IMG/VR virus record: IMGVR_UViG_3300001605_000029
Coordinates: 52,074 to 72,073 of that record
DNA from: an uncultured virus (IMG/VR IMGVR_UViG_3300001605_000029)
Lineage: Duplodnaviria > Heunggongvirae > Uroviricota > Caudoviricetes
Strand: one strand, 5' to 3'
DNA: 20,000 nt
Shown one piece after another: positions 7,694 to 15,800 of this stretch. Under the pieces are notes generated by a model. The model did no database searches, was not told the origin of the DNA, and was given only the letters and a program-made list of their open reading frames with translations. The position numbers and the translations under genes are program-made. How positions within the stretch are numbered: position 1 is the stretch's first letter; every line of letters starts with the position of its first letter.

Positions 7694-7762
7694 TTATATT
7701 AATTCCCGTGAGGGATGAAGAATTTATTATATCGGTGCATAGCACATTATTATACTAGTAAA

Positions 7763-7790
7763 GAAAAAGGGCCCCGAAGGGCCCTTTTTC
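7763..7790. terminator. Bidirectional intrinsic terminator
   Basis: GAAAAAGGGCCC-CGAA-GGGCCCTTTTTC between convergent genes. Confidence 0.9.
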
Positions 7791-8493
7791 ATGATCTAAC
7801 TTTGGCTAATTTAAAAAATTCAAATATTTTAAACCACATCCAGCCAATATCAAACTCAAACCATCGACGACTTAGTTTAGGGTTTGCAGGTTCCAAGTGG
7901 TGGTTATTGTGCAACTCTTCCCCACCGATTAGTATACCCCAAGGGCTGACATTCCTACTGTGATCCTTAGTTTCGCCATTGCGATATCCCCACCAGTGGC
8001 CAATACCGTTAATAAATCCGGCGGCCCAGAATGGGATCCAAATAAGTTGTACACCCCACACCAGGAATCCCCATGGCCCAAATAATAAAACGTCTATGAC
8101 CAACATTAAGAGAATACCATAGCGGTGATATGGTGTGTACACATTGCGTTCAATCCAATCTTTGGGGGTGCCGGCACCATACTTGACAATCATTGTGGCG
8201 TCTTTACCTGCAAGTTTATAATACTTGACTCCCCCGAATACTAGATTCCAAATTCCGAATACGTGTGGACTATGAGGATCGCCCTCGACGTCTGTGTTTT
8301 GATGATGTTTACGATGTATTGCTACCCATTGTTTGGTAGTCATTCCTGTAGTCATCCAAAGCCAGAAACGCATAAAATGACTTAATATTGGATGAAATTC
8401 AATTCCTCGATGTGCTTGATTTCTGTGTAGGTATAGTGTAACGCAGATAATAGTGATGTGTGTCACCATCAGTGTATATATTAGTTGTATCAT
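7789..8493 (-). CDS. desA: Membrane-bound delta-9-type fatty acid (acyl-CoA/acyl-lipid) desaturase
   Basis: Three His boxes (HRNQAH, HRKHH, HNNHH), GDPHSP and FDIGW motifs, and transmembrane segments. Confidence 0.92.
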   Translation of the reverse strand: MIQLIYTLMVTHITIICVTLYLHRNQAHRGIEFHPILSHFMRFWLWMTTGMTTKQWVAIHRKHHQNTDVEGDPHSPHVFGIWNLVFGGVKYYKLAGKDATMIVKYGAGTPKDWIERNVYTPYHRYGILLMLVIDVLLFGPWGFLVWGVQLIWIPFWAAGFINGIGHWWGYRNGETKDHSRNVSPWGILIGGEELHNNHHLEPANPKLSRRWFEFDIGWMWFKIFEFFKLAKVRS

Positions 8494-8497
8494 CTAG

Positions 8498-8505
8498 TAT
8501 TTACC
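8498..8505 (-). promoter_or_regulatory. T4-like late promoter (GGTAAATA), leaderless geometry
   Basis: Only 4 nt between TAAATA and the desaturase ATG; no SD present. Confidence 0.6.
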
Positions 8506-8517
8506 CGGATTTAGCGG

Positions 8518-8546
8518 TTGACAAGTTAAATGCTAGATTTTATAAT
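8518..8546 (+). promoter_or_regulatory. Perfect sigma70 promoter
   Basis: TTGACA (8518-8523), 17-nt spacer, TATAAT (8541-8546); ATG follows at 8553. Confidence 0.9.
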
Positions 8547-8552
8547 AAAAAG

Positions 8553-8783
8553 ATGCAGAAAACAAACGAAATCATACAATGGCTAGGTGCTGGTTTAATC
8601 ATCCTAGGACATATGTTTAATAGTATCGGACCATCAACATATCCTTGGAACATTGTAGTGTTTTCTCTAGGTGCTCTAATGTTTTTAATCTGGTCCATTA
8701 GAGTTTCAAACAAACCTCAATTTGCTGTTAACGCTGTTTCGTTAACAATTATCTTCATTGGACTTTATAAGGCTTTTTCATGA
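8553..8783 (+). CDS. Small 3-TM membrane protein (76 aa; PnuC-like/DUF6552-like, tentative)
   Basis: Start moved from 8460 to ATG 8553, downstream of the promoter; three hydrophobic helices; ATGA overlap with the next gene. Confidence 0.7.
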   Translation: MQKTNEIIQWLGAGLIILGHMFNSIGPSTYPWNIVVFSLGALMFLIWSIRVSNKPQFAVNAVSLTIIFIGLYKAFS

Positions 8784-9367
8784 AAAACAAAATTATCCTC
8801 ACGGACATCGACGGTGTGGCACTCGACTGGGAATATGCATTCGATGTGTGGATGCTACAACACGGATTTAACAAAGTAGAGGGCGGCAATCTAAAGTATG
8901 ATATTGGCAAACGCTATGGCATCGATAAGGATCAGGCAAAAAAGTTAATTCGCATGTTTAACGAAAGTGCAGCCATTGGGTTCCTGCCGCCTTTGCGTGA
9001 TGCTATGTATTATATTAAACGACTTCACGAAGAACACGGTTTTGTATTTCATGCAATTACAAGTTTGAGTAAGGATGAGAATGCTCAAGCACTTCGCTGT
9101 ATGAATTTAAAGAAATTGTTCGGAGAAACTGCGTTTGAAAAGTTTGTATTTCTGGACACCGGAGCCGACAAGGATGACGCATTGGAACCTTATCGAGACA
9201 GTGGATTATTTTGGATTGAAGACAAGACAGTCAATTGTGAACTTGGACATCGTCTGGGATTAAAAAGTATATTGATGCTGCATGGACACAGTTTGGATTA
9301 TGTAAATCCCGACATTCCTGTGGTTAAGAATTGGAAAGAGATCTACAACAATATTGTAGGAACGTAA
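8780..9367 (+). CDS. HAD-superfamily hydrolase, 5'(3')-deoxyribonucleotidase-like
   Basis: Motif I ILTDIDGV, motif II ITS, conserved K, motif IV WIEDK. Confidence 0.85.
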   Translation: MKNKIILTDIDGVALDWEYAFDVWMLQHGFNKVEGGNLKYDIGKRYGIDKDQAKKLIRMFNESAAIGFLPPLRDAMYYIKRLHEEHGFVFHAITSLSKDENAQALRCMNLKKLFGETAFEKFVFLDTGADKDDALEPYRDSGLFWIEDKTVNCELGHRLGLKSILMLHGHSLDYVNPDIPVVKNWKEIYNNIVGT

Positions 9368-9392
9368 AAAAAGCCCCGGAAGGGGCTTTCTT
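9366..9392. terminator. Bidirectional intrinsic terminator
   Basis: AAAGCCCC-GGAA-GGGGCTTT with an A-run on the left and a T-rich tail on the right. Confidence 0.9.
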
Positions 9393-9400
9393 GTATTAGT

Positions 9401-9499
9401 GGTCACTTAGAACGCCATTCCCGGGCACGACTCCGATAACGTTCTGCCCAGCACCCGGGCCACACTTGTAACGCAAAGCGTTCCTAAGGTAGTGTGATC
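9401..9499 (-). ncRNA. Candidate structured non-coding RNA
   Basis: GC-rich intergenic segment folding into three contiguous stem domains. Non-Watson-Crick pairs are G-U only on the minus strand. Confidence 0.65.
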
Positions 9500-10642
9500 T
9501 TAATAAAGCAGGTCTTCCTGTTGATCAGGTTCTCTTTCAAATGTAAACTCGTCTAGATTAACATTTGGATGACGGGCTTGTAACTTATCTTTTACATCTT
9601 GTTTGTTATCTCCATTGATTCGAGCAGTACGACCGCTGACTGTATGAGTTACTAGATAAGTTCCCGGGCCGTCTGTTACATCTTCGGCTTCATCGGCCTT
9701 GGAAGCATAGGACTGCGGATATTTTCTCTGTAGATCATTTACAGCCTTGTCAATGTCATAGCCTTCGCCAGTGCCGGTAATTTCAACACTGGCTTCTTTT
9801 ATTTCTTCAGCTTTGGCCTGTATTGCACCGGCAATTTTTTTCATCAACCCCGGAAATAAGTTAGCAAATCTATCGTCATTCCATTGGACATCATGTCTGC
9901 GAGTCTGATCACTGTCAACGATCTGATTTGTTGCAGCATGAATTTGCCACTTGCCTTCGTTGGTTCCCATGTTACTTTTGTCAGTGACAGAAATAATAGG
10001 TCCCCCTGGGGCATAATTCTTAAACCAACTTAGACCAGAACTGGACCCTGTACAGAAGTTACTTTGATAACCTGCTGCATTATTAAAAGTATAACAAGCA
10101 CCGTAGTTTAGTGGTATTACAACATTATATCTTTCGTTGTCGATCAGTACGATTTCTTTTTTATCTCGCTTGTGCTTTTCGATTATTTCAGCATCCTTGA
10201 TACGAGCAAGGTCGCTTCGATAATCTGAGCTGCGTACAATTTTTTGAATCTGTGCAAGATTTTTAAATTTATTAAAATCTTGATGTGCTGGCTGTAATCT
10301 GCCTCGAGTGCTTAGGGCTTTCCATGCACCCAGAGCATCACCACCTTCTCCGTTGATATCTTCGTAATCAACGGCACCATTCATGTATAAACGTGTTAAC
10401 CAATCATCAAACTTACCGTCGGCACTTATGTCCCCGTAGTCAGTTGTTCTCAAGCTGGCGTCTAAAATATCACTCCATAGCTTTAGTATTTGTTGATCTT
10501 CAGGCTTTGGTCCAAGCGAGGCAATCTTGCTTCTTGGCAAAGTACCGTCGTGACGCATAGCAATTCCCAACATTTTTATAACCTTGGGATCTTTAATCTT
10601 AGCCGCAACGTTGGCTTCTGTAAAAACTTTAGTGATTCTCAT
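9500..10642 (-). CDS. Hypothetical internal head protein (380 aa) with a PcfJ-like central domain (tentative)
   Basis: Leader MRITKVFTEA; PLNYGAC...FCT...WF..Y...GP...KWQIH...Q pattern. Confidence 0.6.
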   Translation of the reverse strand: MRITKVFTEANVAAKIKDPKVIKMLGIAMRHDGTLPRSKIASLGPKPEDQQILKLWSDILDASLRTTDYGDISADGKFDDWLTRLYMNGAVDYEDINGEGGDALGAWKALSTRGRLQPAHQDFNKFKNLAQIQKIVRSSDYRSDLARIKDAEIIEKHKRDKKEIVLIDNERYNVVIPLNYGACYTFNNAAGYQSNFCTGSSSGLSWFKNYAPGGPIISVTDKSNMGTNEGKWQIHAATNQIVDSDQTRRHDVQWNDDRFANLFPGLMKKIAGAIQAKAEEIKEASVEITGTGEGYDIDKAVNDLQRKYPQSYASKADEAEDVTDGPGTYLVTHTVSGRTARINGDNKQDVKDKLQARHPNVNLDEFTFEREPDQQEDLLY

Positions 10643-11496
10643 CCTGATATCAACGTCCTTTTAAAGAATGACAAAATAGTGCCTAATTTTTTTGTATCGC
10701 CTTCGGAAATATCTTGTAATATCTGCTGTGGGCCACGAGAGAATTCAGAAGTCATTCCTCTGTAGTCTTTACTAATTTCACCAGTTGTCTCTGGATAATA
10801 ATGACTTGCGGTCATTAATACTGCGGTACTAACTGCGTCCACTATAATACTGGGAGTATCTCCGGACTCAATACCGTCGAGAGCAATATCAAGCGATTCG
10901 AGATAAATTAATTTCTTTTTTGCTTTTGTAAACGCATCGTTCTTGATCATGTTAGCGATCATTCCTTTGATGTCTGCTTGGGCAGCAACAATTCCCTTAA
11001 CCCATAACGGTTTAAATTTATTAACGATTGCTTGTTTTGTTAGCTGTTGCGGACCTGTAGTGGCGGTATTTTTTTCACGTTGTCTTTGCTTTCGGCTAAC
11101 TTCACCGGTATCTGTACCAACGAAAATTCTAGTAACATTGCCAATAGTTCTTTTAAAAAAATCTAAAATATTGCCACCGCGATCGTTGTTAAATGCTTCG
11201 GGGGTTCCGCCGGTGCTGGCCACAGCCCTGTAAGCTCCGCTCTCGGCTCGAATAGCTCCCACGCCTCGCTTACCGTGGACAATTACCCACGCACCTTTGG
11301 CAGCATCTTTTAAAACGCTCCAACTGATTTTTTCAATTTCTTTATAGTCTTGGTCGTGTGCCAAGTTCCTAGCATGTAGGTATTGTATTACCTGTTTTCC
11401 GCCGGGTTTTGATTGTACGAGTCCCATAGAGGAACTGGCCTCTGGTAGGACGCTTTCGCACATTATTGCAAATAATTTATAAGATTCTGGACTCAT
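10639..11496 (-). CDS. Hypothetical protein (~285 aa), probably virion-associated
   Basis: Long ORF. Start is probably ATG 11496 because the ATG at 11502 overlaps the TAAATA core; LPE-A site near the N-terminus. Confidence 0.7.
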   Translation of the reverse strand: MSPESYKLFAIMCESVLPEASSSMGLVQSKPGGKQVIQYLHARNLAHDQDYKEIEKISWSVLKDAAKGAWVIVHGKRGVGAIRAESGAYRAVASTGGTPEAFNNDRGGNILDFFKRTIGNVTRIFVGTDTGEVSRKQRQREKNTATTGPQQLTKQAIVNKFKPLWVKGIVAAQADIKGMIANMIKNDAFTKAKKKLIYLESLDIALDGIESGDTPSIIVDAVSTAVLMTASHYYPETTGEISKDYRGMTSEFSRGPQQILQDISEGDTKKLGTILSFFKRTLISG

Positions 11497-11501
11497 GTTC
11501 A

Positions 11502-11509
11502 TATTTATC
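11502..11509 (-). promoter_or_regulatory. T4-like late promoter (GATAAATA) built on the upstream TAA stop
   Basis: TAAATA, then 5 nt, then ATG 11496. Confidence 0.55.
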
Positions 11510-12347
11510 TATCTAGTCTTCGAGGCTGTTCTCTACGTGGAGCATCTAACTGTGCAGTATTTTCGGCATCTAAACTGTCCGACTCGGGCCAAGAGTAAAT
11601 GTAAGTTCCAAATTCATCTCGGACCAAGAACCAACGAATTCCGCCTGCTCGATATTGTTTAATTTCAGCACTGTACCCGGGAATGGTAGTATCGAAATCG
11701 ATATCACCTGTACTAACTTCTTCGCCGTTTTCTCTAGCCCAATTGGCTACAGCATTAACTTCAGCTGTGCTGTTAGGTCCACGACCGCCTAAATTTCCCA
11801 ACATCCAAATGTTTTCAGTTGGTGTGTTGGTAAAGCTACGGAACAGAGCCTTACCTAGTGTGCGAATAGCACGACTCATATTGCCCGGAAGATTAGCAAC
11901 TTTGTGAAAGTCTGGTTCTTGAACTCCAGCTGCACGTAGATTAGAAGCAGCAACGGAAGGCAAGTTGCGTGTGTTTACATCGACCTGTGGAAGATTCTGT
12001 TGATCCGGATCGGGATAGCCTGTGTCTTCTGGATCGGCATCTATATCTCGCATACGTCCTAAAAGATCTCGCATACGTTGATTAGGCTGAACTGACCCCG
12101 CTGCGCGAAGAGTGTCACTTTGACTTGCACGTCTACGCTCGGGTGCATTGTTAGTTGCATCATCCGCAGGAGGTTCTTGAGCACGATCAGGTTCTCTGTT
12201 GGCCAGTGGTTGATCTGGTTTAGCTGCAAAGAGATCATCAAACGCACTAAAGTCATCTTTGTCTTTAGTTGGCTTGGACGAGTCTTCTCCGTCTTTGGGT
12301 TTTTTCTTACCCTCGGCTTCGTCTAAATAATCTCGAAATGCTTTCAT
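11505..12347 (-). CDS. Hypothetical internal head protein (~280 aa) with a disordered N-half and a globular C-domain
   Basis: Likely start MKAFRDYLDEAE at 12347, 2 nt after the nuclease stop; leader resembles T4 MKTYQEFIAE. Confidence 0.7.
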   Translation of the reverse strand: MKAFRDYLDEAEGKKKPKDGEDSSKPTKDKDDFSAFDDLFAAKPDQPLANREPDRAQEPPADDATNNAPERRRASQSDTLRAAGSVQPNQRMRDLLGRMRDIDADPEDTGYPDPDQQNLPQVDVNTRNLPSVAASNLRAAGVQEPDFHKVANLPGNMSRAIRTLGKALFRSFTNTPTENIWMLGNLGGRGPNSTAEVNAVANWARENGEEVSTGDIDFDTTIPGYSAEIKQYRAGGIRWFLVRDEFGTYIYSWPESDSLDAENTAQLDAPRREQPRRLDR

Positions 12348-12349
12348 TT

Positions 12350-12802
12350 TTAATTGCACCAGCTTTGTTTTGCGTCACCGTAGTACTCACGGGCATGACC
12401 ATTGGCAATAAGTCCACGGCGAACACTTTGTCCGTTGACCACAATATCACCGATAACACGGCCGCCAAATTTGTCCCACTTGTACAGTATGACTTTACGA
12501 TTAGGTGAGCTGTTGACCAAATCTGTTGTCCACTTGCTGGCCGCTTGAGCTCGTTGATCTTCTTGTGGGCACTGAGCTCTATGTCCTTTTTCCGGAGTGT
12601 CCACACCGTAGATACGCACTGCTAGTTCTGGCTTGAGTGGTTGTGGCAAGAATGGTGCTGAGATCACAATGGTGTCGCCGTCACTTATACGGATAATCTG
12701 TGCGTCATAGGTCACACCTGCGGGTTCTTTGGGTGCTTTGACTTGTGCAAATGCCGGTACAGCAATAACTGTTGCTAATAAAAATACAAATAACTTGTTC
12801 AT
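12350..12802 (-). CDS. Thermonuclease (SNase-like) with signal peptide
   Basis: DGDT, VRIYGVDTPE and DKFGGR motifs; signal peptide MNKLFVFLLATVIAVPAFA. Confidence 0.92.
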   Translation of the reverse strand: MNKLFVFLLATVIAVPAFAQVKAPKEPAGVTYDAQIIRISDGDTIVISAPFLPQPLKPELAVRIYGVDTPEKGHRAQCPQEDQRAQAASKWTTDLVNSSPNRKVILYKWDKFGGRVIGDIVVNGQSVRRGLIANGHAREYYGDAKQSWCN

Positions 12803-12824
12803 GAAGATTCCTTAATCTATAGAT

Positions 12825-12832
12825 TATTTATC
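12825..12832 (-). promoter_or_regulatory. T4-like late promoter (GATAAATA) built on the upstream TAA stop
   Basis: TAAATA core followed by an AAGGA RBS and ATG 12802. Confidence 0.6.
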
Positions 12833-15800
12833 GTCTCACAAAGTGATAATCACCATCAGGTCCGTTGTTGCTAAACAGCCCTGTACAATCGAATCCTATT
12901 GTGTCCATATAAGTTATTACAGTGTCTTTTAACGGAGCACCTTTGTTATATTCCACAGCTTGTAGCTCTAATATAACATGTTTTACAGTTGTTAGCACTT
13001 GGCTTGCACCCTTTAGAACATCCAACTCAGCACCCTGAACATCCATCTTGATTAAATCGGGCAAAGGAAACTGTTTTAATCTAACCACTGCATCTAATGT
13101 TGCAGTTTTTAACACTCGCTTGTGGTTTTCGTTAAAATATTGGGGTGCTTCTGGATTGACTTCAGCATTTTCTCTGTAATAGCTATTGCCACCAGGATGC
13201 CAGTCATTTTGATAAAACTCTACTTCTTTACCAGTAACATCGCTCAGTGCCCCCATAAAATACTTTAAGTTCTGTTCTTTGTACAAAAATTCGCTAGAGT
13301 CCATAGCTTCAAATGCCACAAATTCTGCACTGGGCCATATGCGTTTTGCTTCGTTAGTCCAGTGTAAAACACAGGCTCCTACATCATATATTACTCGAGG
13401 TTCAAAACCTTGTGCCTTTAGTTTGGCAAGATAACCAACGTGGTCAGCTGGGATTAATCTTTGACTGCCCAGTTCACGTAAGCGTGTTTCGATATTGACA
13501 GGTGCAGCTTCAACTACAGCTGGTATATTGTTGTCTACGTTGAATGTAAAGCTGCCTGTGTGATTGCACTGTATACTAGTGTCGGCCCACAAGCGGAATC
13601 CCTTGTTTGTGGCTTTACGACAAAAATCTACATCTTCACTAATGGTATTTCTGTGGTCAACCGCACTATGGTACTTAAATTGAGGATAATCTACAGCTTT
13701 TAACACTTGACTCTTGACCAACACACAGCCAAATCCGCAGCTGGCAATTTCCACTAGACCCTTGCCTTTAATTTTTCCATAAGGTATATTGCTTACTCCG
13801 CCTGTGTTGTTGTTTTCATACAATTCTAGTACGTGTTGTCCTGGCTTGCGTTGAATGTAAAGACCTGACACAAGATCCTTGTCGTGTGACAGCAGCTTGA
13901 CTAATGTATCGGGAGCAAAGCTGATGTCGCTGTCCACACTGAACAGGTAGTCATATCCTTTGACTACCCAGTCTGCTATCAAGTTTCTAACTTGATCAAT
14001 GTTATAGCCGTAGAAGTATTGAAATGTGGTTTGGTAGCCCTCGGGCACTATTAGATCGTAGATGCTCTTGTATGTCTCGGGCTCTATGTTCTTGGCTGTG
14101 GGTATCGCTATTAGGATTCTTTTTTTTTCTGTTGACATTTTTACAATTTCTCTTGCGTTTTTATTTTGTTCTTGTGCATTGACTTTGTAGTCGTTGAGTG
14201 GATTGACATCGTTGTAATTGTACACTACGTCCTGCAGGCATTTAACTTTGTCAGCGTCAGCTGCTTCTATCAGTGCATAAAATACTGATCCATCACCACC
14301 TGCTCGATACCATTGTCCTGTGTCATCTTTAAACTGTGCATCTTCGCAACTGTTCAATAGATGCTTTTTAAATGTTCTCAAATGTGTATAAGGTAAAATC
14401 CAGTTGAAGTGATGTTGCCTATATGTCTTGTTCTGTCGAACTTTTTGAGGATAGGGCTGACTGATCAAAGGAATATTGTCCGCCATACTCCAACAGCTTC
14501 CGTAGGTAAATTCTGTTGTGCCATTGTATATGCTGTTATAATAACTGAATACAGTATTGTCATTGACTAGCGTGTCATCACCGTCTAACAACATTATGAT
14601 AGCATTGTCGTCTAATGGTCTGATGTTTTCTATTTGATTACGAACGGCACCTTGATTTTCTTTGTTGTTGATTAATAGAAATTTGCCTTTAAGTTCTTCT
14701 GGCAAGTTGCTTAATGCTGTTTTGACCACATCCGCAGAATCGTCAGTACTGGCATCGTTGATCAAGTAATGCAGATAGTTGTCGTAATCTTGTGCAGCTA
14801 CACTGGCAATACATTTTTCGATATACTTGCTGCAATTATAAAAAGGACTGATCACTACAATCTGCTGTTCTCTACCTGATTTGTAGTTTTCCAGCTCAAC
14901 TGTGTTGTGAAACTTGCGATTGTATATCTTGTGCAGTCTGTGGTTGATTTTACTCACAGCACGATAGTCTTGTTTGCTGAGATAGTGTCCTGCTTTTTTA
15001 TAAAAGTGCTGCTTCCATTGTAGTGCTACACTGTCCCATCCGGCGGTTTCTTTTACTATGTTGCAGTAGTATTGCTTTTGTTGATGCAAGTAAGGATTAC
15101 GATAAGCTTCTACAGTGGTCTTGACAAACTGTTCAACTTGTTGCGGAACGTTTATGTCCGGAAACAAGCTATTGGGTTCTATAGCATAGTCAATTAAATA
15201 ACAAGCACCTGCTAGGGCAATTTCTTCCAGTGCTCCAAAGCGGCAAGTTATGATTGGAGTATTGTAGCACAAACTTTCCATTGAGGAAATGCCATACGTT
15301 TCGGGAAATGCCGCGGGGTACAGCATAAAGTTTGCTTGAGTTAGTATATCAGCAATTTCCCGTTGACTGATAACGCCCGTAAACTCTATATCTAGTGCTG
15401 CTAGTGCAGGATCAGCAGCCATAACTCGCCAATCTTTTTCCTGTTGGTCGGGTTCTGCATTGGTGCTGAATCTATAATAACCGCCTATAACTTTTAACTT
15501 GGCTTCGGGTATGTGTCGTTTTAGATGTGGCCATATCATCTTGACCAGTGGTATCATGCCTTTAGTAACACTTGCATTATAGACAAACAAGTTCTTGTCT
15601 TTGGCCGCAATGTCTACTTCATCGTGATAAATCCTAACACCGTTGCGTGTTATAAACAGCTTGTTCTTCAACACTTCAAAGTTACGTCTGCGGCCATGAT
15701 TGCAATTGGCAATGTAAGTAGTGTGCCAATCGCTAAGTGTAAAAATATCTGTGATTCGATTGTTCACAGCTAGTTCTTCAATCAAGTTGTCGCCAAGACA

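Noticed and set aside
7715..7963. 82-aa plus-strand ORF
   Set aside because: It runs through the bidirectional terminator and is antisense to the desaturase.
8460..8552. N-terminal extension of the membrane protein ORF given in the track
   Set aside because: It overlaps the desaturase start and lies upstream of or across the perfect sigma70 promoter; ATG 8553 is the better start.
9401..9499. tRNA, SRP RNA or twister ribozyme identity for the structured RNA
   Set aside because: No T-loop/CCA cloverleaf and no SRP domain IV consensus; the GTTACAAG similarity to twister lacks the remaining conserved elements.
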